Assembly: GCA_021432655.1 (NCBI GenBank)
Contig: MU271607.1
Location: forward strand, 1 to 40,002
Reading direction: 5' to 3'
Length of the DNA stretch: 40,002 nt
Source: Atractiella rhizophila
Lineage: Eukaryota
In this document: positions 23,333 to 35,386 of the stretch, piece by piece
How positions within the stretch are numbered: the stretch's first letter is position 1
Layout: each line of letters starts with the position of its first letter
Program-made: the position numbers and the translations under genes
Notes under the pieces: model-generated
What the model was told of the DNA's origin: nothing
The model's input: the letters and a program-made list of their open reading frames with translations, nothing else
Database searches by the model: none

Positions 23333-25572
23333 ATGCCTCCCTCAGCATCTAAACAAAAGCGCCTGGCAGAAAAGGTGAGTCTTCCCGAGTTCCATCTTCA
23401 TCAGTACTCGAAGCTGATCGTTCGTTTCTGTGTACAGGCTGCAAAAGCAGCTTCCAAAGGAGTGAAGGAGAATGGCTCTACCTCCGCTCCATCCACCAAC
23501 GGAACCTCCACCCCGATCGCAGCTTCCAGTCGGACGTCGATGGATGGCTTGGACGAGATGAGCAAGCTCAAATTGGCCACCGATCGCTCAGGCAGCGGCG
23601 TCTTGACGAGCGACCCTCAGAGTAGGGATATCCAGATGGAGAGTTACACGCTTTCTTTCCACGGAAGACTGTTAATCGAGAACGCGAGCATCGCGCTCAA
23701 TTACGGACAGAGGTGAGTTTTTCGCTGCACGATTTGGGAAAGGAAGAGTGATGCGAACTCGTGTTTAGGTATGGGCTGTTGGGAGAGAATGGGTCTGGAA
23801 AGGTGAGCCTTGTTTTCCGGGTGGCGAGAGGACTGGAATGCTGATTTACATCGTCGAAATAGACCACTTTCCTCCGCTCACTCGCTGAGCGAGACGTCGA
23901 GATCCCTTCGCACATTGATGTCTATCTCGTCGCCGGCGAGGTCGAACCTTCGGATGTGAACGCGTTAGATTTCATCGTGAACTCGGCTCGAGAAAAGGTG
24001 GACCGGTTAGAGAAGGAATTGGAGGAGATGATGACCTCTGAATTCCCGGACGATGCCTTGATTCAACAGAAGACGGATGAATTGGAAGAGCTCGATCCTT
24101 CCACTTTCGAGAGCAAGGCTTCTTCCATCCTTCACGGTCTCGGTTTCACGGCTCAGACGATGCTGAAGAGGACCAGGGATATGTCTGGTGGTTGGAGGAT
24201 GCGTGTTGCTCTCGCAAGGGCCCTCTTCATCCGTCCTCACCTTCTTCTCCTCGACGAGCCCACCAATCACTTGGACCTGGAGGCTGTCGTGTGGCTCGAA
24301 GCCTATCTCAGCACTTACAGTCACATCCTCGTCATCACTTCACACTCTGCCGATTTCATGGATTCAATTTGCACAAATATCATGGACCTCAATCACCAAC
24401 GTCGTTTGACCTACTACGGAGGAAATTACTCAGCATACGTGAAGACAAAGACGGAAAACGAAGTCAATCAGATGAAGGCGTACCAAAAGCAGCAGGATGA
24501 GGTTTGTCCTTTCCATCCTTCCAATCCTCACATCGATGGCTGATAGAGATTGATAACAGATTGCACATATCAAGAAGTTCATCGCTTCCGCCGGTACCTA
24601 CGCAAACTTGGTGAAGCAAGCGAAATCGAAACAGAAGATCATCGACAAAATGGAAGCCGCAGGTCTCATCGAGCCCGTCTTTGTTCCTAAACCTCTCCGG
24701 TTCAACTTTGACGACATTCGAAAGATGCCTCCTCCCATCATCGCTTTCAATGATGTCGCATTTTCCTATTCGGGCAAGAAGGAGGATTTCTTGTATCAAG
24801 ACCTTTCCTTCGGTGTTGATATGGACTCGCGTGTGGCTATTGTTGGACAGAACGGAACTGGCAAATCTACTCTCCTCAATCTCATCACTGGGGACTTGAT
24901 GCCAGTCAAGGGAAGCGTATCCCGCCACTCAGGTCTCAAACTTGGTACGTCCAACTTCTCTTTTCCATGTCGATGCTAATGATTGACATCCTGGTCCATG
25001 TAGCCAAATACTCTCAGCACTCCGCGGACCAGTTACCGTACGACAAATCCCCTCTGGAGCACTTCGAGTCCACATACAAGCAACGTTTCCCCGAACGAGA
25101 CACTCAAGCCTGGCGCGCTCAGCTTGGTCGTTTCGGTCTTTCAGGCGCACATCAAACTGCCGCCATCCGCACGCTCTCTGACGGATTGCGGAATCGAGTC
25201 GTCTTCTCCCAACTGGCAATGGAGCAACCTCACGTCCTGCTCCTCGACGAACCTACGAACCATCTTGATATGGGTTCGATCGACGCTCTGGCGCGAGCGA
25301 TCAAGGAGTATGAGGGAGGAGTCGTCATTGTTTCTCACGATTTCAGACTCATCAGTCAGGTCGCGGAGGAATTGTGGGAGGTTAAGGATAAGAAGATTGT
25401 CAATCTCACTAAGCAGGATATCAATATTCAGCAGTACAAGAAGATCCTGTCGGATCGGTCGCAAAAGTTCGTTTTTCCTTACGTTCTTTCTGACAATGGG
25501 TATTGATGAAGGAATAGGCAAATCGAAAAGGCCAAATTGGTTTCGAAGGCTGCGAAATCTAACAAGGTCTAG
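23333..25572 (+). CDS. ARB1: ABC-F ATPase Arb1/ABCF2
   Basis: [14 protein letters not shown]; two ABC cassettes ([56 protein letters not shown]); linker [19 protein letters not shown]; no TM domains. Confidence 0.95.
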
Positions 25573-26617
25573 ATCTGTTAGGACTGATCACTCTTCTTGC
25601 TTGGATTGATTGACTGTGTGAATTGAATGCATCATGATTTGATATGATTTGATGATATAGACTGCTCCCTTATCATTCTTTCTCTCTGTCCTTATCACGT
25701 TCTATCTGTCCTTATCCGTCTCGTTACTGCCATCATCATGATCATTCTCATCGTAGATAGTTCATTCAACTCTTGTTTGATTGATTGAAGCAGCAAGATC
25801 ATGAAATGTTAGACATGTGTACAACCATTTCGTCTGTCACCCTGCTCGTGCTCTGTTCAAAGCTTTGTCGGTATTGGAAGGAGGATGAGGTGGGACGAGG
25901 CTAATAGACTTTCAGAGGAGTGTGCTGAATCCGTTGTGCCCGCTGATGCCTATGGCGCAAATCTTCAACAAACCACGCCGTGTCAGAACAATGCTTATGG
26001 ATAGGTGGTAAGAGGCAGGACGGACCAAAATGAACCTTTGACGGTGACTTCTTCATGAGAACGGCCGTGAGGGGCACTTGGACGAACTCAGGTGACCATG
26101 CATACGTTCTGTCGTCCTTGACGAAGTCATCATTTGCATTTCATAGCCCAATCAATACGAGCAGTCTCCATGAATGACATCTTGTTCCTCTCGGAGGAAA
26201 CGTAGGACGTATGGATGCAGAAGACTGCACGGGGGGTGCTTTACAAAGCTCGACAGCTGGAAATCATCACCGCCTGCGCAAGATAATGAACAGGGTGTAC
26301 TGCGAACGCAAGGAGAGACAAACATGCTTCCAAATGTCTTTTGGACCTGCAGTTTGAGGTTGCTCAGGCTATGGGCTACGGTTGCGGTTTGCAGATGTCC
26401 ACAGTTGAAAATCTGTATAGCACTCTATCTCGCATGTATGATTGAAGCTGGTCACAGAGCTCTGCATTAACACATCCTCAGGTTCTTTAAATTCTTCAAC
26501 CTGCGGCCACAATGATCAAGCATTTCCCGCTCTGAATCCCATCTAAATGTTTCAATCGGCAGCTAGATAGTCAACCATTTTCTACCTTCCATCCCATCCG
26601 AATCTAACTTGGTTACG

Positions 26618-28030
26618 CTACGTCCTCTTCTCCTCAACAACCCTCCCCCTCCCCGCTCCCACTTCCGGTTCCTCCTCCCCCACTACGCCCCCTCCGTCCA
26701 CCCCCTTCTAATCCTGCTTCCACCTGCCCGCGCTCCTCCTCTTCACCCGCAAGCTCTCCGCCCTTTACGCGTAGGCGCGGATTCTGGAGTTGTCTTTGAT
26801 GTCGGAGACTATGTTTGGAGGACGGAGGATGAGGAGGATGCGGAGGTCGTTAGGGAGTCGTCGAGCTTGTGCCAGTTTTTTGATGGACATGCCCGCTTTC
26901 ATAGAGTTGTTGAGACGGCTTTGACGGGTACGACCTCGATCTGTACTGTGCTCACCTCCTATTCTCTACCGTACCACTCTCCCATCCCATCTCTCGCTCT
27001 CCGGCGTCCCCCTCTTCCGTACCTAGCACGCATCATCTCTACTCTCCGGTCCTCCCGCCGCCTACTCTGCGGCCTCCTCTCGCTCGGTCTTGGAACGGGA
27101 ATGATTGAAGAGTCCGTGGACGCGGAGGAAGAAGAGGGGATCATGGATCACGGATGTTGCGAAGGCGTATGCGAGCGGGAAGGGGAATTGGGTCATTGCG
27201 AATGCGAAGCGGAAGAGTTTTTAAACAAGAAGGAGAGTCGAGGTTGCAGTGCCGGGTGGCGGGAGGGGGATGGAGAAGGTCGAGGTTCAGTTCCGGTTGG
27301 GCTGTTACCGAGGTATATGAACCTGGTTCTTAAGCCGAGCGTCTTGAGAGAGGTAGGGAGAGCTTCGGGAGGGTCGGCGGCCAGTGCTCATTCAGAGGAG
27401 GAACTGCAGGTCTCGTCTATCGGATTTTCATTTTTCATGAAGACCATAGTGACGATAGGAGCGTTCGAGTTGATACTCGATGCAGCCCACCATACCTCGA
27501 TTAGAATTACTCCGAAATCGAGACGAAATCGAGACTGGCATGCGTGCAGGCGTACGGGACACGATCGTCATCTTCGACTTCGGGTCGACGATCAACGGTA
27601 TGCACTGTACATTCCACCATCCCCATTCTCTCTATACCACAATATATCTTCACTAACAATAACCCACGAAACACATGGTTTGAACAAGTCCTCGTCTCCG
27701 TCCTCCCCCTACATCGCACCGGCCGAGTCTCCCGATACAGAAGGCGAACCGAAGCATACCACTTTGGGGCGGTTGGCTGACTACGTTTCAGGTTTTCGAG
27801 GGCGGGAAGACTGTTTGGTTTTTCATGGAGGGTACATCGTTGCGAAAGTGCGTCTCTCCTCTGCAGCTTGAAAGCGGTAGAGTGTTTAGGATCAGGACTG
27901 ATAGGTGCCAATGGGGTTCGTACGTACGTGTAACTGCGTTTTAAACATACAGTTATAAGCTGGTGGTTACGAAGCAGGATTACAATTCGATAGGACCACA
28001 GGCAGTCTTTTTCTTGGAGGCGCTGGCATT
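26618..28030 (-). pseudogene. Probable degenerate protein-coding sequence of unknown family
   Basis: The minus frame reads protein-like (KLFRFAFAMTQFPFPLAYAFATSVIHDPLFFLRVHGLFNHSRSKTEREEAAE*...GMSIKKLAQARRLPNDLRILLILRPPNIVSDIKDNSRIRAYA*) but has several TAG/TAA stops and frame changes. The 420-aa plus-strand ORF looks like its antisense shadow. Boundaries are approximate. Confidence 0.3.
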
Positions 28031-28888
28031 GTAAGTTGTGCAGAGAAGAAGGCGCTACAGTAATGGGTGTGTACAGTTTGGGTGTTGTGTCGGTTTATTT
28101 GAGGTAATTGTATGAAGAATCGGGAGAGGCTTTGTTATTTGCATTCGAAAGCTTCGCACTTTTGGCAATAGCCAAAGGGACGGAAGACGGTTCTACGTCA
28201 TGGTGCACTAATGGTCCGTCTTCCGTTTTCTTTGGGCTGACCGATCTATGCTTGAGGAGTAGTAGATATTGGTATTGCGAGTGACAAACTTCGCCTCACT
28301 TGCCCGCATCTTTCAAGGTAACTGCGACAATTGAGTCAGACTTACGTCTCCAAATCCTCACCTTACACCTTCACAAAAGAATCAGCCATACTCTCCGATC
28401 GCCTTGTCTTCCTCTGCTCAGTTCCCGCCGCTCTATTCCTTGAATGCATACTTTGTGTTCCCACCAGATCCAAACCGTCTCAACATACTAGGACAGATGC
28501 TTGAAGGAGGGATAGGAAGTTCGAGCCTAAACGGTGCGTTCGTACCTTTAGTTAGGAATGATTGATTCACAATTGTCCGTCCGCTCGAGATAGGGTCACG
28601 GTACGGTGTCCCAGGAGACGGTCTTTTTCCCTTATCCCTTGTTTTCGATCATCCTATAAAGCGTATTCTGGGCTTCATTTGCATCCCTTCTCTCCCAGGA
28701 TTTGCCCCTTCCTGTCCATCCTCAGAGCAGCTGGCTCTCGACGCTTCCAGTCCCTCCAGTCGCCCTTCAGTCATAAGGAAAGAACCTCCTCACTTCGTAA
28801 CTGGAAAGCCATACATTTTTTCCTTACCACACGTGTTCGTATTTCAACTTTGTGCTTGACTATTTAGCCTCCACCCGATGATGCCTGC

Positions 28889-30150
28889 TTGATTTCGACG
28901 GTTTGCCGCGAACCTTCCCGTCGTCGTCGTTCTTCGCTCTCCAACACACTCCGCTCCAACTTCATTCGCATTCTCAACTCTCTCTCGTTCCAGACGGCTC
29001 CTCTGCGGTCGTTAAACTCTGTTTCTACCTCGACTGGCACTTCATCTCTGCTCACGCTCGTTCTCAACCCTCGGGAAGCGTTATTATCTGTCGGCATTAT
29101 CACTCTTGCGGACTGCTCCTCCCTGCCGACCAACTTCTTCATCATGGCTCTCATGAGTACGAAGAGATCGGATTGGAAGCGGTTCGTCCTCACACATGTC
29201 GGCCTCAGATTAATCGATATTGGGGTCATCATCGCTTTCCCCCAGCCGCCGTTTTCACTGTCCCTACAGTCGTCGCTGGCGTAGGCGTGGCAATCGGCGG
29301 AGTTATTCTGACCGTTGAAGCGAATAAACCCAATGTCACCGTCCAAAAAGCCCTCGTGCGGGCGACAAAAGGTGCTTTTGTGGTCATCGGAATAGGCGCG
29401 CTGGGCTCAGGATTTATATATTTGATCACAGGCAACGCCGCTGCTGTCAACTTCGCCATCGTTGTAGTTGACTTCTGCGCTCGGGGAGTCAACGTCGTAT
29501 CCATTTTGGACGAAGCTTTCGATCATGGTAAGGGAACAGGGCTCATCAGTTCCTGTGTGGTTGTCGCATCTGGACTTACCGCGTTTCGAGACCGCAAACG
29601 TATTCCACCCATCCACCGGTTGAATCGTGCTATGCACAGGGCGGATATTGGGAGCTCCGTAGCTCTTGACCTCATCTGCCATAGTCGCCCTTCCATTGTG
29701 CGGGGTTCAGTCAACAATCTACCTCGCTACTTTTTTTCTCTCGCCAACGCCTTTTTCACAATGAGATACTTTCGAGCTTCTACTACTGTAGGGGATGCGA
29801 ATCTGGCTGAACGAACACTCCGTCAGCTCGACTACTTGTCTCGACTCTACGAAAGGTTGTTCAATCAAAGCAGCAATCAATGTACCGACCCCGTCGTCAC
29901 CGAACTTGTCGTCATTTTCGGATGCATGTTGGGATTGCGGATGCTTGGCTTTTCCCAAAGAGGAATCGTTACTGGATCTCCAGCGGCTTCAAACCAGAAT
30001 AGAATTCTTATGCTTCCCAGCCACAGCGCGCCACGAACGATCTTCAGTACTCTTCAACGGATGTCGGCTGGCGGACTCCTGGGGCCACTGGGAGACTTAG
30101 TCCAAAACACTTTTATCTTGATCAGGGCAGGCAGAGAAGTTTTTGATTGA
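28889..30150 (+). CDS. Hypothetical membrane protein, intronless, possibly frameshifted near 29240
   Basis: Long ORF 28903-30150 with Gly/Ala/Val-rich hydrophobic helices (VVAGVGVAIGGVIL, FVVIGIGALGSGFIYLITG). The overlapping frame 28889-29284 joins more naturally at IGVIIAFP/PAAVFTV. Confidence 0.45.
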
Positions 30151-30621
30151 TCCGTGAACACATACTGTTCAGCCTTCCTCAAAGGTCACAACTTCGCTGA
30201 GTACCTGCCACCTTTTCTTTCACCTCCGCTCTAACAATAAATCACTCTACATCTTCGTCTTCGTCTATTCCTCGCTTCGAGTTCCTAACAAGATTCTCAA
30301 GGTTGCTCCTTATAACGAAATTCTCTAACACGATGTACCTCCAACGATAAATATCTGTACTACTTTCCAGGTCAGGGATTCTGTGTGTGATGAATGATAC
30401 GACAAAGCATCTCCCATGCCGAGTGTGTGAAGATTTGTAAATATGTACAATCTCTACATTATGAATTTTGTTCCTAAGCACGTGATGTTATAGTGAGCTG
30501 TTTCTTGGTGCCTCAAAGATAGGGGCTGGACACGCCCAAGTAGCTTGAGGGACCCTTTCAATGATAGCATACGTCAGGGACTTTCCCTACAGCTTATAGG
30601 AACCATGGGGCTCTGAGAGCA

Positions 30622-30895
30622 TGATGGGGCCACGGGAGCACTTGCGCCTCCTCCTTCCATCACGTTTGGTGTGTATTAAGGCTTTCTTTCATCTTTGCTC
30701 GCGCTTTCTTATTATTCAGCCTTCTTTGCTATAAGAAGAATTGCCCTGCAAGTGCGAGACCCACTGCTTGTTTCGGTCTCGCACCTTGCAGGTAATGTAT
30801 TTCACTTATCACACATATACTACAATATTAACACTGCTTGTTTCGGTCTCGCACCTTGCAGTCTCATACGTCGCCACGCACTAATAATCTTATCA
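30622..30895 (+). repeat. 5' LTR (274 bp)
   Basis: Direct repeat of 35003-35276 with TG..CA ends. No mismatch seen by eye. Confidence 0.96.
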
Positions 30896-30897
30896 AT

Positions 30898-30905
30898 TGG
30901 TAGCG
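30898..30905 (+). promoter_or_regulatory. Primer-binding site, probably for initiator tRNA-Met
   Basis: TGGTAGCG lies 2 nt after the 5' LTR and equals the first 8 nt of the yeast Ty1 tRNAiMet PBS (TGGTAGCGCC). Confidence 0.65.
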
Positions 30906-31347
30906 TTCGAGGACTGCTTCTTCCTGAGCGCGGACCGCTAGAACTCAAACCATGTCGAGGAACTCGAACAGGGTCTGAAGGAAGCCGAAAAGTTGAAGCT
31001 AGAGAGCCTATAGTCACTCATGTACTAGGAACGTCCGTAGCTACTACTAGCTCATGCGATCCAAGCGAGCGGAGCAGGTTAGGAAGACGCAGCGGAGCTG
31101 GAAGCGCTGTAGGAGGCGGAAAGGTTGGAGAGGGCGTTACCGTTGCCCAAACTGTAGGCAAGGTCGTTGCTAGGGGGTCGTTTAAGAACGGCTCGTCGAA
31201 GCGGACCTGTGCCTTCATGGTCTATACCATCAAGAGGGCAGGGAGCTCAAAGCCCTATCAGCTTCTTCATTACTACCTCCACAGTACCGAAAGTCTGTAA
31301 GACCCGACTGATCCGCCACCCCTAAACCGATCTACTCTTGCTCGAGA

Positions 31348-32256
31348 NNNNNNNNNNNNNNNNNNNNNNNNNNNNNNNNNNNNNNNNNNNNNNNNNNNNN
31401 NNNNNNNNNNNNNNNNNNNNNNNNNNNNNNNNNNNNNNNNNNNNNNNNNNNNNNNNNNNNNNNNNNNNNNNNNNNNNNNNNNNNNNNNNNNNNNNNNNNN
31501 NNNNNNNNNNNNNNNNNNNNNNNNNNNNNNNNNNNNNNNNNNNNNNNNNNNNNNNNNNNNNNNNNNNNNNNNNNNNNNNNNNNNNNNNNNNNNNNNNNNN
31601 NNNNNNNNNNNNNNNNNNNNNNNNNNNNNNNNNNNNNNNNNNNNNNNNNNNNNNNNNNNNNNNNNNNNNNNNNNNNNNNNNNNNNNNNNNNNNNNNNNNN
31701 NNNNNNNNNNNNNNNNNNNNNNNNNNNNNNNNNNNNNNNNNNNNNNNNNNNNNNNNNNNNNNNNNNNNNNNNNNNNNNNNNNNNNNNNNNNNNNNNNNNN
31801 NNNNNNNNNNNNNNNNNNNNNNNNNNNNNNNNNNNNNNNNNNNNNNNNNNNNNNNNNNNNNNNNNNNNNNNNNNNNNNNNNNNNNNNNNNNNNNNNNNNN
31901 NNNNNNNNNNNNNNNNNNNNNNNNNNNNNNNNNNNNNNNNNNNNNNNNNNNNNNNNNNNNNNNNNNNNNNNNNNNNNNNNNNNNNNNNNNNNNNNNNNNN
32001 NNNNNNNNNNNNNNNNNNNNNNNNNNNNNNNNNNNNNNNNNNNNNNNNNNNNNNNNNNNNNNNNNNNNNNNNNNNNNNNNNNNNNNNNNNNNNNNNNNNN
32101 NNNNNNNNNNNNNNNNNNNNNNNNNNNNNNNNNNNNNNNNNNNNNNNNNNNNNNNNNNNNNNNNNNNNNNNNNNNNNNNNNNNNNNNNNNNNNNNNNNNN
32201 NNNNNNNNNNNNNNNNNNNNNNNNNNNNNNNNNNNNNNNNNNNNNNNNNNNNNNNN
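31348..32256. other. Assembly gap (909 N)
   Basis: Run of N inside the LTR element. Confidence 1.
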
Positions 32257-32586
32257 TCAGTCCATGCAGAACTTGAGCAACGAGCATATGAGAGGGGGCA
32301 ACAGTCTAGACTAACTAAACTAGAAATTCGGCCAAAGCTCAAGCTGAAAGCGAAACTTTAGAAACTTTCCACCTCTTCTGTAGCCTAAACACGAACTCTT
32401 CCATTTAGGTGAAAGAGGAGCTGCGCAGCAGCAGCACTTTGACTGGGTCATAAGTCGAGGTGGCTAGCTGAAGTGTCCGCGCCCCGGGGTGTGTAGCCAC
32501 ACCTACTCGAGCTCGACGGGTAAACCGTGCAAAGCGTCCAGGACTCCCCTTGCCCTCAAACCTAACTGCTGGTTCCTCTGTAGGCC

Positions 32587-34986
32587 GTGTACCACTCACT
32601 ACTAGGAGGAGAGGGTGAAGGTAAGGAGATTGGTAAAGAAAGAAAACGTCGAGGAACTCAGGCCGATTGGGGTCCACCGGCTCGGACGTTACGGTCTGTA
32701 CTCTCCTCGCACGGTATCAAACACGAACACACGGCTGCTTACACTCCTCAACAAAATGGTGTCGCGGAGCGTCTCAACCTCACTATTGCTGCTCTCATTC
32801 GTTCCACCCTCCATTCCTCCGATCTCCCCAAAAAGCTGTGGGGAGAGCTTGCCGTCGCAGCAATCCACATCATAAATCGTCGTCCAACGTCCGCGCTTGA
32901 AGGCAAGACGCCGTTTGAAGCCTGGACGGGCAAGAAACCGTCAGTTGAACACTTGCGAGTGCTGGGATGCAAAACTTACAGCCTTATCCCGCCTGAACCG
33001 AACCGACAAAAGCTTGATGCACGTTCGTGGGAAGGGAGATTGGTTGGTTATGACTGGGAAAGCAAGACTTATCGAATCTACAATCCCAAGAATGGGTCAG
33101 TAACCAAACACCTGCATGTTCAATTCGACGAGACCTACCCTGCATCTCTCCTGCAACCTGTCGAAGTCCAAACGAACGAAGTGATGGACCCTCCTGCTCC
33201 AAAAGAACAGTCAGAGAAGGTAGGAGACGGAGAAGAACAAAATGAGGGGGAGAGACCCACCGAAGTTCCATCGAAGGCGAAGCCTGACACACTTCCGCCT
33301 CGCGAACGCTCCCAGCGTACACGCCGTTCTCCTGCAGAAGCTCAGAAAGAAAACAGAACAAAGTATTTCGGGGACTCACCTCTTTCTGACGCTGTCGCCC
33401 GCATCACCGTTGCCTCGCCCACGCGAAACCTCACTCCGTCCTATGAGGAAGCTGTCAATGGTCCAAATGCCTCTCGTTGGAAGGACGCTTTCGACGAGGA
33501 GAGAGGGTCATGGAAAGAGAGAGAAGTTGGGGAGATGGGTCCGTTGCCTGAGGGGGAAAACGCAATTGGTTCGCGTTGGGTATTGAGGGAGAAGTTGGGT
33601 CCAGATGGAGAAACCATCCGTTTCCGTGCAAGGGTCGTTGCCCAAGGCTTCACGCAGCGCGAGGGCATCGACTATCAAGAAACCTTCTCCCCGGTCCTCT
33701 CCATGCCGTCGTTCCGCCTGATCCTGTCCATCGCTGCGAAGAATAAGTGGCCTGTCCATATGGTCGACATTTCAGCGGCATATCTCTACGGGAAACTTGA
33801 CAAACCTGTGTACCTTCGACCTCCTCCTGGCTGGGAAAATCCCGAACACCCAGACTGGGTCATTAAAGTCACGAAAGGAGTGTACGGTCTTCATCAGAGT
33901 GGTCGCGTTTGGAACGGGGATGCGAATGAGAAGTTGAAGAGCATGGGCTTCAAACAGTGCAAGTCAGAATCAACTATCTACACGAAGAGGGATGAGAAGA
34001 CTGGTAGATACGTACTGGTGGCAGTTTATGTCGACGACTTCCTTATCGTTGCCGAAAGCGACGAAGAAGCTGCACCGGTCAAAGAAGAACTTAGAAGACA
34101 TTACAAACTCAAAGATGAAGGCAGAGCTCACCATTTCCTTGGAATTCGCATTATCCAATCCAACGACGGAATCTCCATTGACCAAGAAGCCTACGTTGAG
34201 CGCCTGTTGGAGAAGTTTGGGATGGCAAACTGCAAGCCAGTTTCAACCCCGTTCGAACTTGGACAGAAGTTAGAACCAGCGACGGAGGAGGACAAAGAAG
34301 CTCACATCGACGAGCCGTGGACCGGTCGCTATCGAGAAGCTGTCGGCTCTCTGCTATTCCTCATGGTCGCCACTCGACCGGACCTCGCTTTCGCCGTCAC
34401 GCAAGTTGCTCAGTTCGCTGAGAAGCCTTCGTCGCAGCACTGGAAGGCCGTGAAGAGGATCTTTCGTTACCTGCGAGGCACCTCAGACTTGAAGATAGTC
34501 TACCAAAGTGGAGGAGAAGAACTTACTGGTTACTCAGATTCAGACTTTGCCGCTTCGCACGATCGTAAGTCGATTTCCGGAACACTGTTCATAAATGCTG
34601 GTGGAGCGGTTGTTTGGAGAAGCAAGAAGCAATCCGTTGTTACCCTCTCAAGCACTGAGGCTGAATACGTTGCTCTTTCCGTCGCCGCAAGGGAAGCTTC
34701 GTGGCTCCGCAACCTTCTCAACGACCTCGGTTTCCCTATCGACGGTCCGATCGACATCTTTGGCGACAACCTAGGCTCCCATCAGCTTGCCAACAACCCT
34801 GTCTTTCGACAACGAACGAAGCACATCGACATACCTTTCCACTACACCCGCGAATGTGTCTTCAACGGCAAAATCAAGCTGCTTTACATGGATACGAAGG
34901 ACCTTCCTGCAGATATGCTTACGAAAGGTGTTTCGAGGATGAAGATGGACAATGCGATGAAGGAGATTGGAATGGATGGAAAGTAG
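32587..34986 (+). CDS. pol: Copia pol fragment: C-terminal half of integrase, reverse transcriptase and RNase H (homology starts near 32700)
   Basis: GIKHEHTAAYTPQQNGVAER, KLDARS, HVQFDE, RFRARVVAQGFTQREGIDYQETFSPV, VDISAAYLYG, YVDD, YSDSDFA, SSTEAEY, RTKHIDIPFHY. The frame is uninterrupted. Confidence 0.95.
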   Translation: MYHSLLGGEGEGKEIGKERKRRGTQADWGPPARTLRSVLSSHGIKHEHTAAYTPQQNGVAERLNLTIAALIRSTLHSSDLPKKLWGELAVAAIHIINRRPTSALEGKTPFEAWTGKKPSVEHLRVLGCKTYSLIPPEPNRQKLDARSWEGRLVGYDWESKTYRIYNPKNGSVTKHLHVQFDETYPASLLQPVEVQTNEVMDPPAPKEQSEKVGDGEEQNEGERPTEVPSKAKPDTLPPRERSQRTRRSPAEAQKENRTKYFGDSPLSDAVARITVASPTRNLTPSYEEAVNGPNASRWKDAFDEERGSWKEREVGEMGPLPEGENAIGSRWVLREKLGPDGETIRFRARVVAQGFTQREGIDYQETFSPVLSMPSFRLILSIAAKNKWPVHMVDISAAYLYGKLDKPVYLRPPPGWENPEHPDWVIKVTKGVYGLHQSGRVWNGDANEKLKSMGFKQCKSESTIYTKRDEKTGRYVLVAVYVDDFLIVAESDEEAAPVKEELRRHYKLKDEGRAHHFLGIRIIQSNDGISIDQEAYVERLLEKFGMANCKPVSTPFELGQKLEPATEEDKEAHIDEPWTGRYREAVGSLLFLMVATRPDLAFAVTQVAQFAEKPSSQHWKAVKRIFRYLRGTSDLKIVYQSGGEELTGYSDSDFAASHDRKSISGTLFINAGGAVVWRSKKQSVVTLSSTEAEYVALSVAAREASWLRNLLNDLGFPIDGPIDIFGDNLGSHQLANNPVFRQRTKHIDIPFHYTRECVFNGKIKLLYMDTKDLPADMLTKGVSRMKMDNAMKEIGMDGK

Positions 34987-34991
34987 GATGC

Positions 34992-35000
34992 GAGGGGGAG
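34992..35000 (+). promoter_or_regulatory. Polypurine tract
   Basis: GAGGGGGAG 2 nt upstream of the 3' LTR. Confidence 0.85.
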
Positions 35001-35002
35001 TT

Positions 35003-35276
35003 TGATGGGGCCACGGGAGCACTTGCGCCTCCTCCTTCCATCACGTTTGGTGTGTATTAAGGCTTTCTTTCATCTTTGCTCGCGCTTTCTTATTATTCAG
35101 CCTTCTTTGCTATAAGAAGAATTGCCCTGCAAGTGCGAGACCCACTGCTTGTTTCGGTCTCGCACCTTGCAGGTAATGTATTTCACTTATCACACATATA
35201 CTACAATATTAACACTGCTTGTTTCGGTCTCGCACCTTGCAGTCTCATACGTCGCCACGCACTAATAATCTTATCA
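35003..35276 (+). repeat. 3' LTR (274 bp)
   Basis: Direct repeat of 30622-30895, followed by TSD GAGCA. Confidence 0.96.
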
Positions 35277-35386
35277 GAGCATACTGCAACTATGGTCCTT
35301 CAGTCTTCCCACCATCCTGTCAGGCTTGCCCCTACGCATTACCGAAATGCACCATCTGAAGTCACGTGACTGATACCACGTCATGT

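Larger units (their letters stand above)
30622..35276 (+). mobile_element. Ty1/copia LTR retrotransposon, internally rearranged or defective
   Basis: Two 274-bp LTRs (TGAT..ATCA). 5-bp TSD GAGCA at 30617-30621 and 35277-35281. PBS-like TGGTAGCG and PPT GAGGGGGAG. Pol domains are in IN-RT-RNaseH order. Confidence 0.96.

Noticed and set aside
26609..27871. 420-aa plus-strand ORF as a real gene
   Set aside because: It has a non-ATG start and composition typical of an antisense shadow. The minus strand looks more protein-like.
31322..32342. Three ORFs of more than 300 aa in the track
   Set aside because: Artefacts of translating the N gap.
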